NCBI GenBank assembly: GCA_951406725.2
Contig: OX597817.1
Location: 145,142,001 to 145,206,000, forward strand
Origin: Octopus vulgaris
Lineage: Eukaryota
Reading direction: 5' to 3'
Length of the DNA: 64,000 nucleotides
Each line of letters starts with the position of its first letter. Position 1 is the stretch's first letter. Under the pieces are notes generated by a model. It made no database searches. It had not been told where the DNA came from and was given only the letters and a program-made list of their open reading frames with translations. This document shows, one piece after another, positions 1-13,375 of the stretch. Made by a program: the position numbers and the translations under genes.

Positions 1-451
1 AAATTCCAAAATAAATCTGTTTAACCAATTTCTTGAAATATTTTCAGCATATTTGAAATGTGTGTGTGTGTCTGTTTATTTTGTTTTCATTTATATTTTT
101 TCATCTTGTCATTTTACACCTTATAAGGAAGTCTAAAAGAACATATCAACCAGAGTTATGTAGGGATACTAATAGCTACACGTTTTAGTTGTTTTCCCAT
201 TTGTTGTCCTTTCCATATTTGCTTTTCCTCCTGTAGCACTTTAACTTCAAGAATGTAAAGTTAATCCTTCAATACGGTATCTGTAACATGAAACAGATGA
301 GTGACAAATCTCTCTCTTTGGACAGAAGCTAGTCTGTTGCAGTTAACTTTTTCTTAAAAGATTATAACCAAGTTAGATAAAGGTGAGATTAAACTCTTAG
401 GGCATTCCAGCTAATTGTGAACCAAACTTGAGAATGATCTTTGAAATTGCC

Positions 452-679
452 TTAACTCTTTAACATTTAAACTGGCCATATCTGGCCTAAATATGCCTCC
501 TGTTTTACGTTCAAACTGGTCAGATCTAGTCTCTCACACTGATCCTATTATGTCATTCTAAATATAGACAGTAGTGTCAACAAAATCTCAAATCTATGAG
601 ATAATACAGGATTAATTCAAAATAATATGAACAATTAAGCTTTACATTTGTCAGAGTAATTTGAACACTAAAGGGTTAA
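452..679. mobile_element. piggyBac-type MITE, family D (TTAA-flanked)
   Basis: Begins TTAA-CTCTTTA, ends TAAAGGG-TTAA. The internal sequence recurs at 8312-8539 (reverse), 26413-26597 and 51959-52147. TTAA target plus CCC/GGG-type ends is the piggyBac signature. Confidence 0.7.
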
Positions 680-904
680 ATGAAATAAATCTTATGCCTA
701 GTCAATCCTGAAAACTTCAGGTCCTAATTATATAGGGTTCTGATTCTACGAGCACTCAAAGTTGTGGGCTTAGGAGCCATATTCGAGGATTTTGATAAAT
801 GTGGAGCCATATTTGACCTTTAGTATCTCGAGATTGAAACAGTTTCAGCCTTTGTAACTTTGTAAATGCACTCTACTCCAGGAGTACTTTACAAATAAAT
901 ATCA

Positions 905-1100
905 CTAGGCCTGAAATTTGGGGGGAAGGGCTAGTTGATTACATTGACCCTGGTATACAACTGGTACTTATTCTATCATCCCCCAAAAGCATGAAAGAGA
1001 AAGTCAGCTCTGTGGAATTTGAACTCAGAATTTATAAGCAGACGATATGCCATTAAGCGTTTTGTCTGGCATGCTAACAATTCTACCAGCTCACTGCCTT
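905..1100 (-). mobile_element. tRNA-derived SINE family B (decayed)
   Basis: Reverse complement of the family B sequence (...ggaatttgaactcagaa...gctaacaattctaccagctcac). Confidence 0.75.
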
Positions 1101-4100
1101 TTTCAAATAAATAATAATGGAAGACTATAAATGTCCCAAGATTGTCTTATGAGCTGGATTAAGTCAGTGCCTTCAGACTATCATCTTGGTCATTTTTGCA
1201 ACTGCTTGAATATTAGTTTCCATCTGGTATATTTTCACAGATTAAGCCTAATGTGTACATGCAGATATGCACATGCAAAGTTTCTTAATCACATGATTTT
1301 TAGTATGTTCATGTTACATTAACTTAATACTTTGATTTCATATCTAGAATATTTTCTGCTATGTTAAATCAAGTTCATTTTATTTATTCATTTTATTTTA
1401 TTTTATTTTATTTTATTTCTTGCTTTGCCTAATTTTCTATATGCTTATAATCCTGGTTTAATCACTCATTCAAAATATGCTCTATATTTCACCTGATTAA
1501 ATTACTTAAACACAGAACAGAGGCAATGAGTGAGCTTTTATACAAGTTTGCTACTAACGCAGTGCCTAAATTTTGCTATAAAATGAATTTCTGCCAAGTT
1601 AGATGTTGCTTTCAGCTGCCCTTTGTCTTAAAAATTGAATACCAAATGCTGGAAACAGCATTTTTATGGACAGAAAGCTAAATTAATAATTCATTTTGCA
1701 AGATTCCTGATGTGAAATCATGTGTTGAAACAGATATTGTTTTATTTTGGGAGAATGGAGTAAGTGAAGCAAGAACACACACGGAAACAAAAAGTGTTGC
1801 TGAAGAGGTCACAGATGTGTGATGAAAGATTTCTGGACAATGGACATGAGTTAAAGTAATAAAATAAGAACAGTAATAAACAAGTGAAGAGAACATATAT
1901 ATATATATATATATATAGTGCATGCGTTTATTTGACAAAAAGAAAAGAAAAGACCATCCCGGAATACAACAATAAATTAATAATGTTCCATTCAAATTAA
2001 TGATGTTGCTCCAGGCTGGCCTTAGCTGCAATGTCTAAAAGACATTAAAGCATTAAACCAAATCTAAGATTAGGATGGGCACATATTTTCTTGAAAAGGC
2101 AGTTTATATATCAGTTAAATTTCTGCCAAAATTAACTTGATCCTTAAAGTTAATAACATAAGTATTATATGACAACAAAATGGCCCCAAATCATTCCCTA
2201 TCATATCACAGTGTACCTGCTGTGCTATACTTGAAAATTACTTTGAATTTTTGAGCTAGCCAATCTAGGTCATAACATCTGATTCAGCTGGAATGGTTAA
2301 GGCTGATATCCAATATATTTTGAACACAAATCAACTCCATATATTCGAAGAGTACCAATACTAGATATTTTGGATCATTAATCATTATTGAATTTAATTA
2401 AGAACATTAAGTTCTTAGACTTTTTTCTTCTGTATTAGTGGGACATATTCTGTTGGCTACAATAGTTTTAATAATTTAATTATTTTAGTTTATACCAATG
2501 ATGAGTCTCTTAATTTATTCAATATAGTGGTTTTTACTGGTATTTGAAATTGTCGCTTGTCCTACCTCTTTCAGTGAAAGCTTACTTCGCTTAATTTACA
2601 CACAAACACACACTTACAAGGTGCTGCAAAAAAAAAAAAAAAAAACTCCTACATTTAACAGGTTGACAAATGCTTCAGCAGCAAACACACAATGTGCACC
2701 AGTCCAAGCCATGAAGGGAACTGAAAAAAAAAAAAAGCATTCAAACAATAGCTACTTGAAGACAACATTGCCATTTGCCTAATCTAATTAGTGCAACATC
2801 AAAAGCCATGTGAAATGTGAGATGGTTTGCTGTCCCCTCCCCACCCCTACTGCTTGACAACTAGCATTGGTTTTGTTTTCCATAAGCAAAAAAAACCAAC
2901 AGAATGAGTACTGACTTGTTCAACTAAACCCTTCAAGATAGTGCCCCAGCTTGGCCACAGTCCAATGACTGATACAAGTAAAAAGATAAAAACGTGTGTA
3001 AATTGTAAATTATTTCTGCTAATTTAACACACAAAGCGAGACAGGCCATGATTGTGGCTGTCAGGCACAGGTCAACAGGCCACAATCGTGGCCCAGGTAG
3101 ATGCATTTAATTTATGGGCGTTTGTTGGGGTCTAATGTCACTCAAACTCTCCAATACTCCTCAGAATGCAAGAGGACTAATAGTTCAACTAATGACTTTT
3201 CAGATGATGTAAAACTTGCCACCATTATATACTAAGAAGATATTTTAACTATTTTTTTGTTTTTTATCTGTGCAAGGTAGTCTCATTTTCATAAAATGTG
3301 CTCAGCACTCCATGCTATGAAAGAGCAAATCCCAGCGCTTTATGGGTTAATCTTGCAAAATTGTGTCAAGCCCTTACAACAAATGTCATATTGATTGATT
3401 TAGATGATCATACAAAATAATTCAGATTATATTAACAAGAATAAGCAGACTCTACAAATATAGAGTACAATGTTAATGTAATCTACATCAAGTGTTCGAC
3501 ATTAACTACCATGAGAATAATGGCCCGTAATTTCCTTGATGTATTGATGCATGTAAAGTATAAAATAACATTTGAGTTTCCTTCAGTGATATTAAAAATC
3601 TATATATGTATACCATCAAGCTAAATAAAACTGGTGATCGTGTTGATTAGGGGAGGGGAACTATTTAGAGTACCAGGGGTAAATTGCAAATGTATAAAGA
3701 CGTAAATTGCAAATACATAAAGACCTGTAGAGAGTGCATCTGGGCTGAGATAAAAATAATTAATTTTTAATTTTACAAATTCATAATTATGAGACTGATA
3801 TCAAATTACAGTTTTGATTTTTAAGACTCAAACGGTGAGTTTATCTCTTTCTTTCTTTTTTTGTTTGTTTTTTTTTTATATGGGAATGGGTGTGTGGTTA
3901 AGAAACTCATTTTCCAACCTTGTTTTCAGTTCGGTCTTGTGTCATATTGGGCATTTGTCTCCTGCAATGGCCCCAGGCCAACCAATGCCTTGTGAGTGAA
4001 TTTAATTGAAAGAAACTTTATGTAAGCCCATCACTTATATATATGTGTACGTGTATATTAAAAGCAATAAATTAAATAGAGAATTAAATAGAGAGATTCA

Positions 4101-4263
4101 ATTGACAATCTAATAATTTATTTATACTCTAATATAACATAATATTCTATGAATTTAATATAACATAAAAAATTATTAAAAAGCCAGATCAAAAATAAAA
4201 TCACAGATGCAAAAAAGAAAGAAACACACTATACAGCAAAAAAAATATTAACAATCACATGAT

Positions 4264-4647
4264 GAGTGGCTGTGTGGTAAGAAGCTTGCTTACTAACCAC
4301 ATGGTGCCAGGTTCAGTCCCACTGCATGGCACCTTGAGCAAGTGTCTTCTACTATAGCCTTGGGCTGACCAAAGCCTTATGAGTGGATTTGGTAGATGGA
4401 AACTGAAAGAAGCCTGTCATATGTGTATATGTGTGTAAGTGTATGTTTGTGTGTCTGTGTTTGTCTTCCCCCACCATCACTTGAAAACTGAGGTTGGCAT
4501 GTTTATGTCTCCATAACTTAGCAGTCTGGCAAAAGAGACCGATAGAATAAATACTAATCTTACAAAGAATAAATCTTGGGGTCGATTTGTTCGACTAAAG
4601 GCAGTGCTCTAGCATGGCCACAGTGAAATGTCTGAAACAAAATAAAA

Positions 4648-4650
<3 letters not shown>
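4264..4650 (+). mobile_element. tRNA-derived SINE family A, full length
   Basis: A-box-like TGGCTGTGTGG, B-box-like GGTTCAGTCC, CORE-like caccttgagcaagtgtc, internal TG/TA microsatellite, tail gtgctctagcatggccacagtgaaatgtctgaaac. More than 12 copies in the window. Confidence 0.85.
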
Positions 4651-4710
<60 letters not shown>

Positions 4711-5591
4711 GGTGTAAACACATAAATGTGAAACAAGGTGGAAAAAAAGAGTACTCAAATACCAGTGGTAGAGTAAAATGCTTTATTTAAAGCAGCAGAA
4801 AATTCTGCTACTTTTAAATAAAGTACATATATATATATATATATATATCATGATTGACCAGACTATCAAATGTTGTTATACATCACTGGTCATGATGCAC
4901 TTTGCATTGTTTCAGCTTTCATATGATGCCACTGGACTGGCTAGGCAAGTAGGCCAACATTACCCCTGATCATAAAGCTAGTCTGTTGCAAAGTTAAACC
5001 CTTCGAGGTAGTACTCCAGCATGGCCACAGTCCAGTGACTGAAACAAGTAAAAGATAAAAGATGGGGTTTTGTTGTCAGAACTTTGTAGTTGGAGTAAGA
5101 AATGGATGGAAGTTGGAGTTTCTATCTCTTTTGACAACAAGGATTTATAGATCTCTATGCAAAAGGCAGGCTGTATATTGTGCATGTGTGTGCAACCAGG
5201 TGCATGTCTATGCAACCAGGTGTAAACACTTTGGTTTTTGATTGACAAATGTAGTGTTTAGGTTTGTTGTGGTTGTTGTCCTTTTGTTAAGATAGCTAGA
5301 AAGGTTTTATTGACTTTTAGTGGGTGGGTTCAAATTTCATCCCCATGTGAGGAGTTTGCTCTCTTCCCTTCATGTAGTTAAAAACATTTATAAATCCGAT
5401 GGGAAAAATTAGTGAAAGCCATTCTAGAACACCACCTAAATATAAATCAATGGCTTTTTGAACAAAAGTTTGTTGGTTTCTTTTTAACTATTAAAGGGTG
5501 GTGCATTTGGTTCCTGGGCGAAACATGTAGAGAAGAATAGAGTGGCACTAAAGGTGATGAATGAATAAATCCTTTTCAAACAGGGACAAGG

Positions 5592-5623
<32 letters not shown>

Positions 5624-6109
5624 CTGTATTTATTTATCACTAAGGGTTCACAAAAAAAAGACTTTGGGAACGGTACAGGACAATACAATGTGGGGGTTAT
5701 ATAAATAGAAGCATGTAAACAGTAAAAGCAATGATATAAAACAAAACAGGTGTAAAATTACACAGTTGTCCATATAATTTTATGCAGTCCTTTTCTTTCC
5801 TTCTGATGCCAGTTCTAAAACTATCAAGGGTTTTTTTTTTTTTTTTTTTGCATCTGGTGAAGACATGGCTTTCTATAGAATACTGAGTGGCTAGCTTGTA
5901 GTGAATAAAACGTAGTGCATGCACACACACATGCACATGTCCATTCTCCTAAGAATACGTTATGGCTCTTGTAGGACTGTTGAGCAATGCCTTTGTTCAT
6001 TTTTAAGAAAAGCTGCAATAAAGCTTAAGCTGCAGATGCCGTTTCTTCATTATCTTCATCACTTTCAGCAAAAGGTGTGACATATGATGAAGAAAAAAAG
6101 TGTTCGTTT

Positions 6110-6204
6110 TATCTTTTATTTGTTTCAGTCAGTCAGTCATTAGACTACGGCCATGCTGGAGCACCTACCTGCCTTGAATTTTTAGTTGAATGACTCAACC
6201 CTAG

Positions 6205-6238
<34 letters not shown>

Positions 6239-6540
6239 CTTTTGCTAAGCCTAGTACTTATTCTGCCGGTCTCTTTTGCTGAACTACTAAGTTGCAACAA
6301 TGTAAACAGACCAGTACCATTTGTCAAGTGATGGTGGGGGACAAACAGAAACACAAAATTTCTCTCACGTGCACACAGAAGACCAGCTTCTTTCAGTTTC
6401 CTTTTCCTGAATACACTCACAAAGCTTTGGTTGGCCCAAAGCTATAGTAGGAGATACTTGCCCAGGGTGCCACACAGTGAGACTGAACCTAGAACCATGT
6501 GGTTAACATGCAAAGTCCTTACCACACAGCCATGCCTGCA
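6110..6540 (-). mobile_element. SINE family A
   Basis: Reverse complement of family A from tail (gtttcagtc...ggccatgctggagcacc) to head (accacacagcc). Confidence 0.8.
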
Positions 6541-6850
6541 CCTATGTTTGTTAATTTCGTTTTAACTGAACCAAGAAATGTAGTTGAAGTTTGATAAAAT
6601 CATTTCTATCTTGACTTATTTTGTCACATGTTTATTAATTAATGCAAAGATTCACAGTAACGAAGTATTGAATGGACATGGAAGTCATTATGTTTGTAAA
6701 GAAGGGGTTTGATGAGTAGTCTGAAGATGACTGTGTTGTCATTGTTTTGCTTCAAGTCAACACTGATTGAGTAAACATGAGCAAAAGTACTCCAGTATGG
6801 CGATAGTGTCTTTTTTCTTACCTAATATATAGGACTACATTATTCAAAGT

Positions 6851-7154
6851 GTCCTTCCTTTAAGACATGGGAGCTGATCCAAAAGTAAGTTGGCTGCTAT
6901 TTCTAGGAAGTCAATTAACTGTATAGAAGCCCCCTTTATTAACTGAAGGATTTCTACTGTTAATCCACATATCAAATGGTATGCATTTGTGTATGAGAAA
7001 GAGAGTCCTTCCTTTAAGACATGGGAGCTGATTCAAGAGTAATTTGGCTGCTATTTCTAGGAAGTCAATTAACTGTATAGAAGCCCCTTTATTGACTGAA
7101 GGATTTTTACTGTTAATCCACATATCAAATGGTATGTATTTGCGTATGAGAAAG
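6851..7154. repeat. Tandem duplication, about 154-bp unit x2
   Basis: gtccttcctttaagacatgggagctgat...gtatgagaaag starts at 6851 and again at 7005, with few differences. Confidence 0.9.
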
Positions 7155-8311
7155 GGAAGCAAAGAAATTTTATATCCCTGAACCCTTTCGCGATCATATT
7201 TCTAATGAAATATATGTTGTAATTAATTTTTAAAATTAATCAAGTATTCAAAGGGATTTAAGTAAAACAATTAACTTTTTCATTAAGTTGTGGTTGAAAT
7301 ATAATAATGAAAGTGTTCAAACATAAAAAAAATTGATGGAAGGTTTTAATTTAGATATGAACATTGTAAAACGAGAACCCTTCAGTTATGGAACCAGAAT
7401 TGGTCTTAGATGGATTGATTTCAGAAGGGTTAATGGGTCACGGAGTCAACACTGAAAACTTTATATTTATATAACATGTCAAACCATATATAGATCCATC
7501 AAGGTTGTTTACTACCTACCATTATTCAGCAGTGCTCACACAGGTTCACTCTTTATACATTTTATGATAATAATTCTTCGTTTATTTTTTACTGACATTT
7601 AATGACTCCTCGGCATCAATTATGACATTATTCATACATGTGTGTGTGTGTGTGTGTTTAAACAAGGAAAAGGTTGATAGTAACTTCAAGATTTCAGCTT
7701 GTTTGTTTTCATCAAGCAGTCTGCTAAAAGCAAGCAAGCTGAAAGTTTGAAGTCCGTGTCAACATTTTCGTTGTAAAAATGATTGTGTGTGTAATGATTA
7801 AATAAAAATATCATGTCTTTAAAAGAAATGATTAATGTATTGGCTCATTTGAGTATAGAACTTTTTTTAATATTAAAATAGTATATTAATTTTTGAAAGC
7901 AAAAAAAGGGGTTAAAAGTTGGCCCTTATGTTAGCATAATAGCCCAAGATAAATATTATCTATGTTTGTGCTTCTGTGACTGATTTGTTTAAGTGTCCCT
8001 ACAGTTCCCTTTAGAATTAAAATGTCACGTGTTTGTGAAAACCAAGACTAGACAAAAAAAGGTTTAAGCTTAGCTTTTATATTTGTTTGCTTGGTGTCAA
8101 AAACCTTTCCATTATTTCTCAAATGACACAAACAAAAATGGATTTGGGAATCTGGGATTGTTGTGTTTGTGGAACAAGGAACCAATTTTGAAAACCTGAA
8201 AATGGCTTTACCATAATTCACAAAAAAAAAAAGCACTTTTGCTGTGATTGCCAGTTTCTGCGTTGTTAATATTTATCATAATTTGTCTTAAACTATTCTG
8301 ACTGAATAAGG

Positions 8312-8539
8312 TTAACCATTTACCATTCAGATTATTCTGTCAAATGCATTATCTATTAATTCACATTGTTTTGAATTAATCATGCATTATCTCAGAGCTT
8401 TTAGATTTCAATGATATGATTGTTTATTTTTAGAATGACATTGTAGGGTAGGTATGAAAAGCCAGACCTGGCTGGTTTGAGCATAAAACTGGTGGAATAT
8501 TTGGGTCAGATATGGCCAGTTTAAATACTAATGAGTTAA
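8312..8539. mobile_element. piggyBac-type MITE, family D
   Basis: TTAA at both ends; reverse-orientation homologue of 452-679. Confidence 0.65.
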
Positions 8540-9106
8540 ATAGTTCTCTCAGTGACCTACATTCATTACTATATATTAGTTACGGTTTATTTGATTCTGG
8601 TAAATATAGACTTAACCCCTTCCTCAGTAACTTCTTTTGAAGAAAATATTTCATTTTCAGATGAATTTTTTTTTATCTCAGATGAGCTTGCACTCTCATC
8701 TGGTGTATCCAAGTTTCTAATAGAAGGTTCATACTCATTGTCATCTCAGCACAACATCTAGGCATAATTTGTAAAAAAAAAAATTTTTAAATAAACAAAC
8801 AGATGAAAACCAAGAAATGCCAACAATTGATGTATAAATTCATCTGTGACTGTTTTTGAAATTATATGTTTTGGACAAGCTTACTCGTTGCACTCTGAAA
8901 AAGACAAATTGGGTGAAGACAAGTTAACTCATCTTTGCCGTGATACAGAAAATAGTAGAGAGTTTCTTACAACAGGGAAAATAAAAATGCTTAATAACTT
9001 TTATATTTTGCAGGCACAAAGGTCCATCATATGAAATAAACAATCAAAGAAATTTTAGTTTCTACAGTATCAGCCATATTGATCAGCCAGTACTGTATAG
9101 ACTCAC

Positions 9107-9143
9107 ATTTCTGATGATGGGTTTTGTGCCTGAAATATAAAGC
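9107..9143 (+). ncRNA. Minimal hammerhead-ribozyme-like motif
   Basis: ttt-CTGATGA-t-ggg(ttttgtg)cct-GAAA-TATA-aag: both core boxes, short stem II, palindromic stem III, 3-bp stem I. Confidence 0.4.
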
Positions 9144-9146
9144 TTA

Positions 9147-9377
9147 TTAACCCTTTCGTTACTGTATTTCTGTTGAGATGCTCTGTGTGTTTCTTTCAAT
9201 TAATTTTAAATATAACAAAGAATTAAGTAAAATAACTTAATTATCATTCAGCTAGTGTTAGGAACATAAATTGTGACTAAGGTTTGGTGGAAGATTTTAA
9301 TTCAAAACTTATGAAAACAAGACATTTGTACTCAGAGTCAGAGTCGGTTTCAGCCAGGTTGGTAATGAAAGGGTTAA
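9147..9377. mobile_element. piggyBac-type MITE, family C
   Basis: TTAA-CCCTTTCGTTAC...GTAATGAAAGGG-TTAA; about 220 bp; further copies at 22065, 37325 and 39961. Confidence 0.85.
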
Positions 9378-9469
9378 ACTTTTTTTTTCTTTTCCATATT
9401 GTAAGAAGCTCTCCATCTTCACTAATTTACCATTTTAACTTTGAAGTATTTTGGGGAATTAATAACTGA

Positions 9470-9740
9470 ATGTGATCACCACCATTTCTTTCTTCAAACC
9501 AACACAACTACTGCTATTCAGTTCCACTCTGGACACCACCTCACCTACCATCATCATCATCACCAATATAATCAGCACTACCTTCACCAGTATTATCACA
9601 ACTACTACTACTTCTGTCAACACTCTGCTATTTTACCATCAGCTTTTTCACCACCCCATCGCTTACCTGCACTGTCACCATTGCCATCACCACCACTACA
9701 CCACCATCGCTATCAATACCAACATCACTACTACCATCAA
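9470..9740. repeat. Degenerate (CAC/CAT/TAC)n low-complexity tract
   Basis: Trinucleotide-periodic sequence; source of the His/Thr-rich spurious ORFs. Confidence 0.8.
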
Positions 9741-11426
9741 GCCATGAAAACAAAAATAAAATAGTACAAGAAAAAATAAACAACCCTGTCCCTGGACTCT
9801 GCAGTTCAAACAAAATCAATTTCAAAATAAATTTATTCCATAATTGGTAATTTGATTTTTATGGGTGTTTTCCAATCACACACATACACACACACGTCCA
9901 TATACACTTACATCTGCACTAATAAATTACCAAACTTACACACTTACATACATGTGTGCTCATACACAAATTATTATTCACACCAAACACGTATTTATTT
10001 AACATACATTAAATATTTATTTAACATACACATTTTCAAAGAGACACGCACTAGCACAGGCAAACTCGCACAAACATGGATATATGCACAAGAGCACACG
10101 CATATATGTTGCACATATTGTGACGCACATTATGACACGTTTTAAAATACACATAGACATATGAATACAAGTGAGACATGCACACTCACACACACATTAT
10201 ATAGACACATATACACATTTATACATGCGTGCACACACACACACACATTATATAGACACATATACACATTTATACATGCGTGCACACACACACACACACA
10301 CACACAGAGGCATACCATGTCCTGTGTGAGGTACACACATACGCACAGATACTAACAAACTCACAAGCACCCAAGCTCTTTGCAAAGGTTATGAGTACTG
10401 CTCGTCTTCTCTTGACTAGCATATGTAAAGACAGATGAACAAACACATACTTAACACATACACACACATGCACAAATATACATGCACACAAATACATACA
10501 TAACACACACATGCATGCACACACACTCATACATGCACACACATGCACTTATAGCTGCAAAAACAGGCAATAAGTACCCGGCTTTATATCATGTTTTTAG
10601 TGTAACCTATGTTTCCTGCTGTTATTAGGATGGCTGAGCAGTTAAGAAGTTTGTTTAACACCCATACAGCCCTGAGTTCAATTCCACTGCATGGCATTTG
10701 GACCAAACATTTTTTTTACTGCATCACTGATTCACCTTAAGCCTCATGAATGAGATTGAGTTGATGGAAACTGTATTGAAGCCCTTCAGTTGATAGTAGG
10801 TACCTGTAATTTAAAGGGCCAACTTTGTCACACTGTATCATGTTGTCTGAGGATTACGTGATGGGTACAAGTGTCTGTGGAATACTCAGTCATATATGCT
10901 ATGATTCAATGAGCAGAGACAGTCCGGTTGATTGAATGAACAGCCGGAATAGTCATTGTTGAAGCTGATGAGGGTTCATTTACTTACCACTTTATTGGAA
11001 CTTTGTTTTTCTAACGAGTAGTCTTCCACCTCCAAATTTAATGAATATTATTCATCCAGTGAAGTTTAATGAGCTTAACACCTACAAAGATTTCACATGT
11101 TGATAAATACTTTTTAGAGTGGAGAAAGTGAGAGAGAGAGAGAGAGAGGCTGTACTGATATCTATCTGAGTAACCCAAAATAGTGTTGCTGTATATTTAG
11201 TATGAATGGTCACTATTGTTTTTGACGAATAGCTGAAAACCTTGTCAGTTCTATAAACAGCAAGCCTATGTTTAGCTTGGTGAAACCATTCTCTTTTATC
11301 TAGTTGGTTTAAAGTAAACATTTCTCTACAGATATTTGTCTTCAAAACAAACTTCGAATATCTGGTGGAATTTTTGGAGGTGGGACAGAAGGATGCAGTT
11401 ATCATCATCATCATCATCATCATTAC

Positions 11427-11458
<32 letters not shown>

Positions 11459-11892
11459 GGGCAGTGAGCTGGCAGAATTGTTAGCATGCCGAGTGAAATG
11501 CTTAGTGGTATTTCATCTGCCACTACATTCTGAGTTCAAATTCCACCAAGGTCAACTTTGCCTTTCATCCTTTCAGGGTCGATGAAACATTGGGTTTGAT
11601 GTAATCGACTAGTCCACACCACCCCCAAATTTCAGGCCTTTTGCCTTTAGTAGAAAGGATTATTATTATTATTAAGAAGGTGAGGAGCTGGCAGAATTGT
11701 TAGCATGCCTGACAAAATGCTTAGCAGCACTTCATCTGCCCTTATGTTCTGAGTTCAAATTCATCTTAGGTCAGCTTTGCCAGTCATCCTTTCAGAGTCG
11801 ATAAAATAAGTACCAGTTGAGTACTGGGATTGATACAACCGACTTGCCTCTTCTTCTCAAAATTTCAGACCTTTTACCTACAGTAGAAAGGA
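11459..11892 (+). mobile_element. Two head-to-tail SINE family B copies
   Basis: gagctggcagaattgttagc (A-box-like)...gagttcaaattc (B-box)...cctttcatcctttc...gtagaaaggattatt occurs twice, separated by (ATT)n. Confidence 0.85.
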
Positions 11893-12003
11893 TTATTATT
11901 ATTATTATTTTTATTATTATTATTGCTACCCACTGCCTCCAATGTCTGTGAGTCCTATTTGATATCCATAGAAACATGTTACATCTATATATATAGCACA
12001 AGG

Positions 12004-12357
12004 TGTTTCTGTCATTTGACTGCGCCCATGCTGGAGCACCACCTTTAGTTGAGCAAATCGACCTGAGGACTTATTCTCTGTAAGCCTAGTACTTATTCTA
12101 TCAGTCTCCCATTGCTGAACCACTAAGTTATAGGGATGTAAACGCACCACCATCGGTTGTCAAGCGATGTTGCGGGGACAGACACACATACATATATATG
12201 ACGAGCTTCCTTCAGTTTCCATCTACCAAATTCACTCACAAGGCTTTGGTTGGCCCGAGGCTATAGAAGACACTTGCCCAAGGTGCCACACAGTGGGAAT
12301 GAACCCGGAACCATGTGGTTGGTAAGCAAGCTACTTACCACACAGCCACTCCTGCAC
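12004..12357 (-). mobile_element. SINE family A
   Basis: Full reverse-complement copy ending cacagccactcctgc. Confidence 0.85.
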
Positions 12358-12911
12358 CTTTAGTCTAATAACTGAAACAAATAAAGAATATATGTATAAT
12401 AATATATACTCACACACATATTCCTACACACCCATATATACATGTGGGTGATAAGAATAGACATTTCTCCCTCGAATTCTGTTCTTGGAACCAAAACTCT
12501 ATTTATTCCCGAGCAATCTGAGCCTTTCATTCTGTTTTTAAGGAGAAGGGGAACGGCTAAATATAGGAAGGTCTGGAATGCGTTAAGTAATATTATTGGC
12601 ATTACACACTGTATAAATGCATGCAAAGACCTAGTCTTTGGTGACTTAACGTCAGTGATTGTGTAGTGGTGTGTGAAAAGAGTAATGGTGTTGGGTGAAG
12701 CAATGGAGAGCCAGCCCAAATGATTTAGTTTCTATTTTGGTATGTCACAGTTCTGATTCCAGTCTTCACCCAACTATTTTTTACTTTTCTAAAGTCAGTT
12801 CAATCAACCACGAGCTCTTCTAATTGCAGCACTGACCCTCTGCCAAATCTAAACTAACACACATCATCATCATCATCATCATTATTATTATTCTTATTAT
12901 TATTATTATTA

Positions 12912-13087
12912 AAATGCTTAGTGGCATTTCACCCATCTTTACGTTCTCAGTTCAAATTCTGCCATGGTTGACTTTGCCTTTCATCTTTTCGGGGTCAATA
13001 AATTAAGTATCAGTGAAACACTGGGATCAATGAAATCAACTAGTCACCTCCTCCAAAATTTCAGGCCTTGTGCCTATAATAGAAAGG

Positions 13088-13118
<31 letters not shown>

Positions 13119-13375
13119 GTATTAGTATTATTAGTATTATTATTATCATCATCATTGTTATTATTATTATTAAAATGGTGTTCTAGTAGAAAAAATGCTT
13201 AGCTGTGTTTCGTCTGACTCTTTATGTTCGCAGCTTAAATGCCACCAGGGCTGACTTAGCCCTTCATTCTTTTCAGAATCAATAAAATAAGTACCAGTTG
13301 AGTACTGAGGTCGATGTTATCAACTAGTCCCCTTCCTCCAAATTTCAGGCCTTGTGCTTACAGTAGAAAAGATTA
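12912..13375 (+). mobile_element. Two SINE family B copies in (ATT)n tracts
   Basis: Family B body and tttcaggccttgtgc...agaaaggattatt tail, twice. Confidence 0.75.

Noticed and set aside
1703-1759. Possible 57-nt exon (AG...GTAAGT; IPDVKSCVETDIVLFWENG)
   Set aside because: Weak acceptor, no recognisable protein, no partner exons. It would need RNA-seq.
5520-5532. GAAACATGTAGAG, resembling the 3' half of a hammerhead
   Set aside because: No CTGANGA upstream.
10966-10990. Other CTGATGA/CTGAAGA hits (also about 6721, 16112, 43327, 56805)
   Set aside because: No stem II plus GAAA at a suitable distance.
12360-12719. 119-aa minus-strand ORF in non-repetitive sequence
   Set aside because: Non-ATG start, no recognisable domain, no splice support.
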